This document shows, one piece after another, positions 49,967 to 60,073 of a stretch of 64,000 nt of DNA; the stretch's first letter is position 1, and every line of letters begins with the position of its first letter. This DNA comes from Vicinamibacteria bacterium (GTDB taxonomy: Bacteria; Acidobacteriota; Vicinamibacteria; Marinacidobacterales; Marinacidobacteraceae): positions 1,280,001 through 1,344,000 of the forward strand of contig OY729431.1 of assembly GCA_963422395.1 (NCBI GenBank), in the 5' to 3' direction. Under the pieces are notes generated by a model that did no database searches, was not told the DNA's origin, and saw only the letters and a list, made by a program, of their open reading frames with translations. The position numbers were made by a program, and so were the translations under genes.

Positions 49967-51934
49967 GTGAGGTCGGCAGCGATTCTGGTCGGAGCGGCAA
50001 CGGTCCTGGCAATGGCTGCAGACACGAAGGGTGCGGCCCCTCGCCGACTGCTGGTGCTGGCGGTGGACGGCGGCGGGCATGAGCTCATCCAGGGCTTCCT
50101 GCGCGAGGGAGAGCTCCCGAATTTCGGCCGCTTGCGGGACGAAGGGGCGTTTTCGGACGGGATGGTCACCGCTTTCCCGTCGAAGACGGCGGCGGCATTC
50201 GCCATGATCTGGACCGGGCTTCCCGGCATGGATACCGGGGTCACGGGAAACAGCGTGCTCGCGCTGCCGCCGGAGAAACACTCGCTGCTGGACACCCGCG
50301 ACGGGTTTTCCGCGGAGGCCCTGCGCGCCGATCCGCTCTGGGTGCGCGCGGTGCGGTCGGGACTCCGCGCGGTCGTGCTCCACACCACCCACACCTTCCC
50401 TCTCGCCGCCGCCCTTCGGACGCTTTCCGCGGAGGAACGCGAGCGTCTCTTTCTGCTCACCGGCTACGGGGAGGTCCGGCTCGCGCCGGAGGCCCTGAAC
50501 GAACAGCGGACGCCGCTCCTGGCCCGGGCGCCGGTGTCCTATCCGCCGGCGGAGGACGCCCGCTTCTTCCCGTTCTCCGTCGGCGCGAACCGATTTTTCG
50601 GGATGTTCTTCGACGATCCGGCGAACCCGGCGACGGGCTGGGACAGCTTCGGGGTGATCGCCGAGCCTGCCGCCGAAAACGGGCCGAAACACCCGCCCGT
50701 TCTGCTCGCCCGGGTCGGGGTGGGCCCGGACGCCGCTTTTTCCGGCCCGATCGCCGCATGGGCCGGCGGCCGTCGGGTGGAGTTCGGCGTGCGCGCGTTC
50801 GCGGTCGAACCGCCGACCGAAGGGGGCCCGGCGCGGTTCACGGTATTCCGCAGCGGCGCCGGCGAGGTGACGATGCACCCTGAATCGGCTTGGCGGGAGC
50901 GGCTCGGAGAGCCGCGGTGGCCTCGAACCATCGGCGCTGCCGAATATGCCTCCGGTCGGCTCGGAGCTCCCTTGGCCCGCAACGGAACTGGAGTGGCCGA
51001 GTCGCGTCTCGTGGAGAACGCAGCAGCGGTGGCCGACGCCGCCATGACCCACCTCGAAGCCGCCGCCTCGCTTCCCGATTGGGATTTCCTCGCGCTCTAC
51101 CTGCCGATCGCCGATGAGATGGGCCATCTGTTCTACGGGGCTCTCGACGGGCAGCTCCCTTCGCATCGTCCGTCGCTCGCCGCCGGCCTCCGACCCGCGC
51201 TGGCAGCGGCTTTCGCCGAAGTGGATCGAGTTCTGGGCCGGATGTTCTCCCTGGCCGAAGCAGCGGGCGGGCACCTGCTGGTGATCAGCGATCACGGGAT
51301 GGCCGGAACCGATCGGCTGGTCCATGCGAATGCGGCGCTCGAGCGCGCCGGTCTGCTCGCGTTCGGTGGAGACGGTGCCGTGGACCTCTCTCGCACGAAG
51401 GCGATGCTGCTAACCACCGCGGACGGCAGCGTGGCGGTGAACCGGATGTCCCGTTCCGGGGGGCTGGTTCCGCCGGACGAAGAGGGACAGATCCTCGAAG
51501 CAGTGCGGGCCGCGCTGCTCGGGATTCGAGCCGACGGAGAACCCGTGGTCTCGGGGTTTCTCGAGTCGTCGGGCGGCGGCGTGGTGAGGCCCGGGGGCGA
51601 TTCCACCGGGGACTTGTTTCCCGTTCTGCGTCCGGGTTTTCTGTTCTCCGCCCGTCCCGCCGAGGAAATCGTGATGCCCGCTGCCCCGGCTGGAAACCAT
51701 GGATTCCTGCCGACCCGAAGGGACATGCTGGCGGTGCTCGCCGGCTGGGGTCCGCGCATTCCTCCGGGGACGCAGTGGCCGCGGGCCAGCGCGCTCGAGG
51801 TGGTGCCCACCGCGCTCGACCTTCTCGGACTGACGCCCGATCCGGAGCTGCCGGGTCGGTCGCTGCTCGGTACTGCCCCTCTGGTGCCGGCTGCCGGCGC
51901 CGCCCCGGGAACGATGGAGGACGAAAGTCGTTAG
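49967..51934 (+). CDS. Alkaline phosphatase superfamily nucleotide pyrophosphatase/phosphodiesterase
   Basis: VLAVDG, FPSKT nucleophile, DEMGH, SDHG, GNHG. Confidence 0.85.
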   Translation: MRSAAILVGAATVLAMAADTKGAAPRRLLVLAVDGGGHELIQGFLREGELPNFGRLRDEGAFSDGMVTAFPSKTAAAFAMIWTGLPGMDTGVTGNSVLALPPEKHSLLDTRDGFSAEALRADPLWVRAVRSGLRAVVLHTTHTFPLAAALRTLSAEERERLFLLTGYGEVRLAPEALNEQRTPLLARAPVSYPPAEDARFFPFSVGANRFFGMFFDDPANPATGWDSFGVIAEPAAENGPKHPPVLLARVGVGPDAAFSGPIAAWAGGRRVEFGVRAFAVEPPTEGGPARFTVFRSGAGEVTMHPESAWRERLGEPRWPRTIGAAEYASGRLGAPLARNGTGVAESRLVENAAAVADAAMTHLEAAASLPDWDFLALYLPIADEMGHLFYGALDGQLPSHRPSLAAGLRPALAAAFAEVDRVLGRMFSLAEAAGGHLLVISDHGMAGTDRLVHANAALERAGLLAFGGDGAVDLSRTKAMLLTTADGSVAVNRMSRSGGLVPPDEEGQILEAVRAALLGIRADGEPVVSGFLESSGGGVVRPGGDSTGDLFPVLRPGFLFSARPAEEIVMPAAPAGNHGFLPTRRDMLAVLAGWGPRIPPGTQWPRASALEVVPTALDLLGLTPDPELPGRSLLGTAPLVPAAGAAPGTMEDESR

Positions 51935-51961
51935 GCCATTGGGCGGCTGCGGAGAACCCGG

Positions 51962-53215
51962 ATGGATGTAGCGCGGGAGGGAGTCGCCGAGAGACGCCGC
52001 CGATGGCGCCTGCTGGCCGCTGCGGCAGGGGGCGCGGCAGTGGCGGCGCTGGTCGGTCTCGCGCTCGGCCTCGAGCCCGCGGCTCCGGTGGTGGACCGGG
52101 GGGCGGTCTTCTTCGACACGGTGCAGCGCGGTGAAATGCTGCTCAGCGTCCGGGGACCGGGAATCCTCGTCCCGGTCGAGGTCCGCTGGGTGGCGGCGGG
52201 TGCCGGGGGAAGGGTGGCCGAGGTCCACGCTCTCCCAGGGGTGCGGGTGGAACCCGACACCGTGATCCTGACTCTGGAGAACCCGACCCTCGTCCAGGAG
52301 CTCACGACCGCCGAGCTGGAACTCGCCGCCGCCGAGGCGAATTTCGACGACCGGTGGGTCCGGTTGCGGCGGCAGGTGCTGCAACAGCGCTCGTTGCTCG
52401 CCTCCGTCGAGGCCGAGGCCCGCCAGGCGGCGCTCGACGCCGAGGCCGACCGAGAGATCCACGCCGAGGGGATCATCGGCCGCCTCGCCCTGGAAGACAG
52501 CGAGAACGATGCGGCCGAACTCGACGCCAGGGCCCGCCGCGAGGCGGAACGGCTGCGGCTGGTCGAACAGGCGGTGCAGGCTGAGTTGGAGGCGGAACGG
52601 TCCCGCGTCGCCCGGCTCCGGGCCGTCTTGGACCTCAAGCGGGAACTCGTATCCCGGCTCGAGGTGCGCGCCGGAATCGCCGGCATCCTTCAGGAGGTGT
52701 CGGCCGAGGCGGGCCGGCGGGTGGCGGCGGGGTCGAATCTGGCCCGGGTCGCCGAGCCGACCCGACTGAAGGCCGAATTGCGGATCGCCGAAGTGCAGGC
52801 CAAGGACATCGAGGTCGGCCAGGTGGCGCAGGTGGACACCCGGAACGGCGTCGTCGCCGGCCGGGTCACCCGCGTGGACCCCGCAGTGCGGGAGGGAGCG
52901 GTGACAGTGGATGTGGATTTCCTCGGAGACCTGCCGCGGGGGGCTCGGAGCGAACTCTCGGTGGAAGGACTCGTGGAGATCGAGCGGCTGCCGGAGGTGC
53001 TCCATCTGGGGCGTCCGGCGTTCGGGCAGGAAGGCGACGAAGTGGAGCTGTTCCGCCTCACGCCCGGCGGCGAGCATGGGGTCCGCACCCGGGTCCGGCT
53101 GGGGAGGGCGTCGGTCCACCGGGTCGAGATCCTCGAAGGACTCGCTGAGGGCGACTCGGTCCTTCTCTCGGACGCTTCGGCATGGGAAGGTCATGAACGC
53201 ATCCGCGTGCGATGA
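51962..53215 (+). CDS. Efflux periplasmic adaptor (MacA/HlyD-like)
   Basis: N-terminal TM, VRGPGILVP, helical hairpin, C-terminal VRLGRAS...EILEGL. Confidence 0.88.
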   Translation: MDVAREGVAERRRRWRLLAAAAGGAAVAALVGLALGLEPAAPVVDRGAVFFDTVQRGEMLLSVRGPGILVPVEVRWVAAGAGGRVAEVHALPGVRVEPDTVILTLENPTLVQELTTAELELAAAEANFDDRWVRLRRQVLQQRSLLASVEAEARQAALDAEADREIHAEGIIGRLALEDSENDAAELDARARREAERLRLVEQAVQAELEAERSRVARLRAVLDLKRELVSRLEVRAGIAGILQEVSAEAGRRVAAGSNLARVAEPTRLKAELRIAEVQAKDIEVGQVAQVDTRNGVVAGRVTRVDPAVREGAVTVDVDFLGDLPRGARSELSVEGLVEIERLPEVLHLGRPAFGQEGDEVELFRLTPGGEHGVRTRVRLGRASVHRVEILEGLAEGDSVLLSDASAWEGHERIRVR

Positions 53216-53314
53216 GCGGGGAACTTCCCGGCGGCTGCACCGGGGCCCCATCTCTCGGATCCATCTGTCACAGAATTACCGAGCGCCACCGATAGCGGCG
53301 CGGGAGGACGATTC

Positions 53315-54004
53315 GTGAGTGACCCTGTCATCGAGCTGACCGGCATCAGCAAGATCTTCTACACCGACGAAGTGGAGACCCATGCCCTTTCGGAGGTGGA
53401 CCTGCGTTTCGAACCCGGCGACTATGTAGCTGTCTCCGGTCCGTCGGGGTGCGGCAAATCCACCCTGCTCTCGATCCTGGGACTGCTCGACACTCCGAAT
53501 TCCGGGCAATACCTGCTGAACGGGCGCTCGGTAGCGAACCTGGGGCTCACCGAACGGGCTCGGATCCGCAACCGCGAAGTCGGATTCATCTTCCAGGCGT
53601 TCAACCTCATCGGAGACCTCACCGTGTACGAGAATGTCGAGCTGCCGCTCGTCTATCGGGGGACAGCCGGCGCCGAACGGAGGCGGCGCACTTTCGAAGC
53701 CTTGGAGCGGTTCGGGATGGCGCACCGCCGAAAGCACTTTCCCTCGCAACTCTCCGGAGGGCAGCAGCAGCGGGTGGCGGTGGCGCGAGCGGTCGTCGGA
53801 GAGCCTTCCCTTTTGCTGGCCGACGAACCCACGGGGAACCTGGATTCGAAGAACGGCACCGAAGTCATGGACATGCTGGACTCGCTCCACGAGTCGGGAG
53901 CGACGATCTGCATGGTGACCCACGACCCCCGCTACGCCGACCGCGCCGCCCGCATGATCCACCTGTTCGACGGCCGGATCGTCGAGAGGCCGGCGGTGGA
54001 CTGA
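53315..54004 (+). CDS. ABC transporter ATP-binding protein (MacB/LolD-like)
   Basis: GPSGCGKST, LSGGQQQRV, LLADEPTGNLD, VTHD. Confidence 0.95.
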   Translation: MSDPVIELTGISKIFYTDEVETHALSEVDLRFEPGDYVAVSGPSGCGKSTLLSILGLLDTPNSGQYLLNGRSVANLGLTERARIRNREVGFIFQAFNLIGDLTVYENVELPLVYRGTAGAERRRRTFEALERFGMAHRRKHFPSQLSGGQQQRVAVARAVVGEPSLLLADEPTGNLDSKNGTEVMDMLDSLHESGATICMVTHDPRYADRAARMIHLFDGRIVERPAVD

Positions 54005-54068
54005 CCGGAGTCGGCAGCCGGTTCCGTCCCCCGAAGTAGCCAGGCCGCTCCGTACAATCCGGAGAGTC

Positions 54069-55961
54069 ATGGGGCGGCTGGACGCGAGAGCGGTTTCCGG
54101 CGAGCAGCTCCGCCGCTTCGAGAAGCGGCTCTTCTCCGACCTGAGGAAGCTGAACACCCTGATCGAGGCGGGGAGGATCGAGGAGGACGTCTATCGCGTC
54201 GGCGTGGAGCAGGAGATGTTCCTGGTCGGGCCGGCGCACCGCCCGGCTCCGATGGCGATGGAAGTGCTCGAGGAGCTGAACGATCCCTCGTTCACCACTG
54301 AGGTCGCCCGCTTCAATCTCGAGGCGAACCTGGAGCCGATGCCGCTTTGCGGCGGCCTCCTGTCTCGGACCGAGGAGCGTCTCGAGGAGACCATGACCCG
54401 AGCCTCGGAGGCCGCTCGCCGGGTGGGAGTGGATGTCTGTCTGACGGGCATTCTGCCCACTCTCCGGCTTTCGGATCTGACCCTCGAGAACATGACGCCG
54501 CTTTCCCGTTATCGGGTGCTCGACGACGCTCTCCGCCGGCTGCGCGGCGGCAAGCCGTATCACCTCCGCCTCTCCGGCGTGGACGAAATCCACGCGACCC
54601 ACGACAATGTGATGCTCGAAAGCTGCAACGCGAGCTTCCAGATCCACCTGCAGGTCGGGGCCCGCGAGTTCAGCAGGCTCTACAACCTCGCGCAGCTCGT
54701 CAGTGCTCCGATCCTCGCGTGCTCTTCGAATTCACCCCTGCTGTTCGGGCGGAGGCTCTGGCGCGAGACGCGGATCGGCCTCTTCCAGCAAAGTCTGGAC
54801 ACCCGCGAAGCGCGCCCGGATGTCCGCCAGCGCACCGCCCGCGGCGCCTTCGGCCAGGACTGGGTGGACGGCGGGGTGATCGAGATTCTGCAGGAGAACA
54901 TCGCTCGGCATCCGGTGCTGCTCGACGCCGGAGACGACGAGGACCCGGACCGCGATCCGCCGCGCCTTACTGCCCTGACGCTCCACAACGGCACCGTCTG
55001 GCGCTGGAATCGGCCGTGTTACGGCGTGACCGAGGGCGAACCGCACCTCCGGATCGAAAGTCGCTACCTGCCGTGCGGCCCCACGATTCCCGACGAAGTG
55101 GCGAACATGGCCCTCTGGCTGGGGCTGATGAGCGCCCTGTCCGGGGAGGGCGTCGAACCGCGCGAAGCGTTGCCCTTCGCCGATGCGGCGGAAAATTTCC
55201 TCGCGGCCAGCCGCCTCGGACTGAAGGCGGAGCTGACCTGGCTCGACGGGAAGCATTGGCGGGTGCGCGACCTCCTCCTCGAGGAGCTGCTGCCCCGGGT
55301 GCGCGATGGTCTTCTTCGGAAAAAAGTGGACGGCGCCGATGTGGACCACTATGTCGGCATCGTCGAAGAGCGGGTGAAGACGGGCCGCTCGGGCGCGCGT
55401 TGGATGCTCGACGGCTTCGACTCGCTCCGGAATCAGGCGTCGCCGTCGGAGCGGCTGAGCGCGATCACCGGCGCCGCGCGGCGCCAGCAGGGGGCCGGGA
55501 TCCCGGTCTCTCGCTGGGAGCTGCCGGTGCTCGCCGACTCCGGCGGCTGGAGGCACCACTACCTCCGGGTGGAACAGTTCATGACCCAGGACATCCGCAC
55601 CGTCCACCCGGAAGAGTCGGTCCGCCGGGTGGCGATCCTGATGGACTGGGGTCGGATTCGCCATGTCCCGGTGGAAGAGGACGGAAAGCTGGTCGGCCTC
55701 GTTTCCTACCGCACGATCATCAAGCTGGTGGCCGAGAGCGGCCTGGAGGAAGACGAATTCCTGCCGGTGCGGCAGGTGATGCGGCAGGATCCGATCACCA
55801 TTCCGCCTTCCACGCTGTCGGTGGATGCGATCCGCATCATGAACGAGAAGGGGATCGGTTCGCTTCCGGTGGTGGAAGCGGGGCGGCTCGTGGGGATCGT
55901 GACCGAGCACGACTTCACCCTCATCGCGCGGGGCCTGCTCGAGGAGAATCTGGCCGGGTAG
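54069..55961 (+). CDS. Glutamate--cysteine ligase family (GCS2-like) protein fused to a CBS pair
   Basis: GVEQEMFLV, EVARFNLE, SFQIHLQV, NSPLL, HLRIESR; C-terminal tandem CBS; TACAAT at 54053-54058. Confidence 0.82.
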   Translation: MGRLDARAVSGEQLRRFEKRLFSDLRKLNTLIEAGRIEEDVYRVGVEQEMFLVGPAHRPAPMAMEVLEELNDPSFTTEVARFNLEANLEPMPLCGGLLSRTEERLEETMTRASEAARRVGVDVCLTGILPTLRLSDLTLENMTPLSRYRVLDDALRRLRGGKPYHLRLSGVDEIHATHDNVMLESCNASFQIHLQVGAREFSRLYNLAQLVSAPILACSSNSPLLFGRRLWRETRIGLFQQSLDTREARPDVRQRTARGAFGQDWVDGGVIEILQENIARHPVLLDAGDDEDPDRDPPRLTALTLHNGTVWRWNRPCYGVTEGEPHLRIESRYLPCGPTIPDEVANMALWLGLMSALSGEGVEPREALPFADAAENFLAASRLGLKAELTWLDGKHWRVRDLLLEELLPRVRDGLLRKKVDGADVDHYVGIVEERVKTGRSGARWMLDGFDSLRNQASPSERLSAITGAARRQQGAGIPVSRWELPVLADSGGWRHHYLRVEQFMTQDIRTVHPEESVRRVAILMDWGRIRHVPVEEDGKLVGLVSYRTIIKLVAESGLEEDEFLPVRQVMRQDPITIPPSTLSVDAIRIMNEKGIGSLPVVEAGRLVGIVTEHDFTLIARGLLEENLAG

Positions 55962-55964
55962 CCG

Positions 55965-56760
55965 CTCGGGCTGAGCGGTCCTCGGGCTGAGCGGTCCTCG
56001 GGCTGAGCGGTCCGGGAGCGGGGCGTGAAGTCGGGCTGCGTCTCGCACTCAGATGGGAAGAGCGGGACGCCCCGCTCCCGAACCGCCCGGCCTGCGTCTC
56101 GCACTCAGATGGGGAGCGGGACGCCCCGCTCCCGAACTGCTGCCGGGGCAGCGATTTCGGATTCTGAGTCACGAATCTGTGAAAGGGGGTGGACCCCCTT
56201 TCACACATACCCCCGCTGCGCCGCGCCCGAAGCGGAGCTTCGGTCGCAACAGGTGTTTTTTCGGGCCACGGACGGGGGTCGCTCTCATCTCTCGGGGCGT
56301 GAAGTCGGGCTGCGTCTCGCACTCAGATGGGAAGAGCGGGACGCCCCGCTCCCGAACCGCCCGGCGCTGCGCGCCGGGAATCGCACTCCTGCCGCTCGCA
56401 AACAGTTCTCCAGACTCGGTTCGCGGTCAGGCTGCGAGGGGCGGCAGCAAGTGCGATTCATAGTCACCGTTCTGTGAACGGGGGTAGACCCCCTTTCACA
56501 CTTTCCCCCGCTGCGCCGCGCCCGAAGCGGAGCTTCGGCCGCAACAGGTGTTTTTCTAGACCCACGGACACGGGTCGCGGCTCTCTCTAGGGGCGTGAAG
56601 TCGGATTGCGTCTCGCACTCCCGTGGGAAGAGCGGGACGCCCCGCTCCCGAACCGCCCGGCGCTGCGCGCCGGGAATCCGAACTGCTGCCGGGGGCAGCG
56701 ATTTCGGATCGCTGAGTCGTTGTTTCGTGAAAGGGGGCCCCTTTCACATTTTCCCCCGCT
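55965..56760 (-). repeat. Family B array (~2.5 units, reverse orientation) preceded by three 16-bp copies of ctcgggctgagcggtc
   Basis: gggcgtgaagtcgg recurs near 56021, 56295 and 56591; same module order as 5051-5723. Confidence 0.9.
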
Positions 56761-59700
56761 GGGATTCGTCCGGGACGGTGCGGACGACCGGAGGCAGGCC
56801 GGAGTCTCGGAGACGGTCGTTGAAGGCGGCGAGCTCTTCCCCCGCGAGCTGATCCAGCATCGCGCGGGTGTCGGCGAGTTCCTGCTCGTAGCGGGCGAGG
56901 ACTTCGAGGTGCTGGTCGGTGGGGCGATGGTCGCTGCCAGCGATGTATCCGTGGAGACTGGTGAGCTTGGCGTGGAGGCGGCGGGGCCAGCGGAGTGTGT
57001 CCTGTCCGGCGTTTCCACCGGTGAGCCGGAGTTCGAAGAACCGCGCCTCGAGTTCTCTCAGCGCGCTTTCGTATTCCCCGGCAGCGTCGGTGATCGCAGC
57101 GCCGGCCACCCCGAGGGCGAGCCGCTCGCCGGTCTGCTTCCGGAGCCATTCGATCTCCTCGATCATGGCCCGAACCTCGCCGACCATCTCCTGGATGTGC
57201 AACAGGGTTGCGAGCTGGACCGGGATGTCGGCGCCCCCGTTCGGAGCTTTCGGGTCGGCGCGGACGGTGAGCTGCTCTTCCCGGGATTCCTCGCCGGCCC
57301 GGAGGCGCACGGTGTATTCGCCGGGGGCGAGCAGCGTCTGCACCGGGCGGGATTCCGTGAGCAGTCGGAAACCGCGCGCCGGCAGGAGTTGGTGCGGGCT
57401 GTCGAGCGGAGGCGTCCGCAGGCGGGGCAGGCGGGCCGCTTCGTTGCGCAGGTCCCAGACGACGCGGTGCAGACCGGCGCCGCCGTCCCCGGAGAGAGTC
57501 CGCACGAGTTCCCCTGCCGGGTCCACGATCTCGAGGGAGACGCCGTCGTCCTGCAGATCGCCGAGCCAGTAGTGGAGGGTGGCGCCGTAGGGCGGGTTCT
57601 CGCCGGCACCCGGGTCCTCGGGCTGGCTCATCGGCGCTTGCCGCATCCGAAAACGCCATGCCTCTCGAGGAGCGAAGAGGTGCGCGGGAGCTTCCGGATC
57701 CGCCGGCGGCCACTGGCGCAGCGGAGTGATGTCGTCGAGGATCCAGAAGCCGCGCCCGTAGGTCGCTGCGACCAGGTCGGAAAATCGCTCCTGGATCGTG
57801 AGCCAATGGACGGGAGCGTGGGGGAGGTTCGACTGCAGCGACTCGAAGGTCCTGCCGTCGTCGAAGGAGACGAACACGGCGTTCTCGGTGCCGAGGAAGA
57901 GGAGCCCGGCGCGCTCCGGGTCCTCGCGCAGGGTGTGGGCGTAGCTGTGGGTGTGCTGCGGCAGGTCTTCGCCGAGCCGGCGCCAGCTCGATCCGAAGTC
58001 CTCGGTCTTGTATGCGTAGGTGTTCGTGTCGCCGAGCTGGTGGAGGTCCACCGTGACATAGGCGGCTCCGGCGGCGTGGCGGGACGGCTCGATGCTGCTG
58101 AAAGTTCCGAGCGGAGGCAGGCCGGGCAGCTCCGCCGAGACATCCTTCCAGGTTTCGCCGGCGTCCGGAGACACCTGGATCCTCCCGTCGTTGCTTCCGG
58201 TCCACAACACCCCGGCGGTGTGGGGCGATTCCGCCAGCGAGAACAGCACCGCGGCGTAGGTGGGGCTGACATCGTCGAAGGTCAGCCCGCCCGTCTTCTG
58301 CTGCAGGTCGGGGTCGTCGGTCGTCAGATCGGGACTGATCACTTCCCAGCTCTGCCCGCCGTTCGTGGTCACATGGACCCGTTGGCTGCCCGCGTACACC
58401 CGCTCCGGATCGTGCGGGGAGATGTGGACGGGGAAGGTCCACTGGAAGCGGTCCTGGAGTTCAGCCGCCGCCCACCCCTCCGGGTTGTCCGGCCAGACGC
58501 TCACATTGCGCGCCTGCCCGGTCGTATCGTCGTAGCGTTCGAGGATCCCTTCGTAACAGCCGGACCAGACCACCGACGCGTTCGAGGGGTCGGGAACGGC
58601 GAAGCCGGATTCGCAACCGCCCACCGGCTGCCAGGCGCCGATCGGAATAGGGCCTCGGGTCAGGCTGTTCGAGGGACCCCGCGACGAGGGGCCGTCCTGC
58701 CGGTTCCCCATCACCCGGTAGGGGATCTCGTCGTCCGTATACACATGGTACATCTGGGCGATCGGGAGGCGGGGGCGGGCCCAGGTCTCGCCGCGATTCG
58801 TGGAGATGCTCACTCCGCCGTCGTGCCCGACGATCATCCGGTCGGGCTCGTTCGGGGCGATCCACATGTCGTGGTGATCCCCGCCGGAATCGTTCCGGAA
58901 AGTGGTGATTCCGCCGTCGGTGGTCGTGGTGTGCCGGGTGGCGAGGAAGTGCGCTTCGTCCGGATCGTCCGGTGCGGCGACCACCCGGGTGTAGTAGTGC
59001 GGCCGCTGCATGAGGGTGTGATCCCGATTCACCAGAATCCAGTTGTCGCCGCCGTCGTCGGATCGCCAGAGCACCCCGTCCTGTCGGTCGAGCGGGGCGA
59101 ATGCCTCGTTGGAACTGGTTTCGACGAGCGCGTAGAGGCGGTGCGGATCGGCGGGGGTGACGGCGAGCGCGATCTTGCCCCAGGGCCGCTCCGGCAGCCC
59201 GCTGCCCTCGATCCGTTCCCAGGTGTCGCCGCCGTCCCGGGTGCGGAAGATGCCGCTGCCCGGCCCGCCGCTCTCCCGGCCCCAGGTCCACATGCGCATC
59301 TGCCACATGCCGGCGAACAGGATGCGCGGGTTCTCCGGATGGATCACGATTTCCGAGGCCCCGGTGTCTTCGTCCACGAAGAGCACCCGCTCCCAGCTCT
59401 CGCCGCCGTCCCGGGTGCGGAAGACGCCGCGTTCCTGCTGCGGCCCGTAGAGGTGACCGAGAGCCGCGACCCAGGCGGTGTCCGGGTCGTTCGGGTGGGT
59501 CACGATGCGCGAGATGCGTCCACTGGGTTCGAGGCCGGTATGGGTCCAGCGGTCGCCGCGGTCCGTCGAGCGGTACACTCCGTTCCCGAGCGAGACATTG
59601 CTGCGGATGTGGGCTTCTCCGGTCCCGACCCACACCACATTCGGATCGGCGGCCGAAACGGCGATCGCCCCTACGGAAAGAACGGGCTGTTCGTCGAAGA

Positions 59701-59923
59701 CGGGAGTCCAGTGGATGCCGCCGTCGTCGCTTCGGAAGACGCCGCCCGAGGCGGCGCCGAAGTAATAGACATTCGAATCGCCGCGGACTCCGGCAACGGC
59801 AGAGACCCGGTTTCCCACCGGGCCGAGGTGGCGCCAGCGGAGGGCGTCGAAACGGCCTTCGGCGGCGGCGGCGGTAGAGCCGCCCGTGATCAGGGTGAGG
59901 GCGAGAAGCAGAAACTGGAGCAT
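56744..59923 (-). CDS. VPS10/BNR-repeat glycosyl hydrolase-like exported protein
   Basis: WRHLGP, repeated SxDGGxxW Asp-boxes, DHHDMWI, ATYGRGFWILDD, PGEYTVRL. Confidence 0.88.
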   Translation of the reverse strand: MLQFLLLALTLITGGSTAAAAEGRFDALRWRHLGPVGNRVSAVAGVRGDSNVYYFGAASGGVFRSDDGGIHWTPVFDEQPVLSVGAIAVSAADPNVVWVGTGEAHIRSNVSLGNGVYRSTDRGDRWTHTGLEPSGRISRIVTHPNDPDTAWVAALGHLYGPQQERGVFRTRDGGESWERVLFVDEDTGASEIVIHPENPRILFAGMWQMRMWTWGRESGGPGSGIFRTRDGGDTWERIEGSGLPERPWGKIALAVTPADPHRLYALVETSSNEAFAPLDRQDGVLWRSDDGGDNWILVNRDHTLMQRPHYYTRVVAAPDDPDEAHFLATRHTTTTDGGITTFRNDSGGDHHDMWIAPNEPDRMIVGHDGGVSISTNRGETWARPRLPIAQMYHVYTDDEIPYRVMGNRQDGPSSRGPSNSLTRGPIPIGAWQPVGGCESGFAVPDPSNASVVWSGCYEGILERYDDTTGQARNVSVWPDNPEGWAAAELQDRFQWTFPVHISPHDPERVYAGSQRVHVTTNGGQSWEVISPDLTTDDPDLQQKTGGLTFDDVSPTYAAVLFSLAESPHTAGVLWTGSNDGRIQVSPDAGETWKDVSAELPGLPPLGTFSSIEPSRHAAGAAYVTVDLHQLGDTNTYAYKTEDFGSSWRRLGEDLPQHTHSYAHTLREDPERAGLLFLGTENAVFVSFDDGRTFESLQSNLPHAPVHWLTIQERFSDLVAATYGRGFWILDDITPLRQWPPADPEAPAHLFAPREAWRFRMRQAPMSQPEDPGAGENPPYGATLHYWLGDLQDDGVSLEIVDPAGELVRTLSGDGGAGLHRVVWDLRNEAARLPRLRTPPLDSPHQLLPARGFRLLTESRPVQTLLAPGEYTVRLRAGEESREEQLTVRADPKAPNGGADIPVQLATLLHIQEMVGEVRAMIEEIEWLRKQTGERLALGVAGAAITDAAGEYESALRELEARFFELRLTGGNAGQDTLRWPRRLHAKLTSLHGYIAGSDHRPTDQHLEVLARYEQELADTRAMLDQLAGEELAAFNDRLRDSGLPPVVRTVPDESQRGKM

Positions 59924-60073
59924 CGGGATTTTCGGGAGAGTGTACGGATCACCTTCCGGGGCAGATCCGGCCGATGGCCGGGGAGCGGGCGGGGCGGTGC
60001 CCCCCACGCGGCGAGGCAAGCATCCGGTGTCCGTTCGCCGGTAGCTGCGTTCGCGCTGCTTCTCCCCCGGCTC

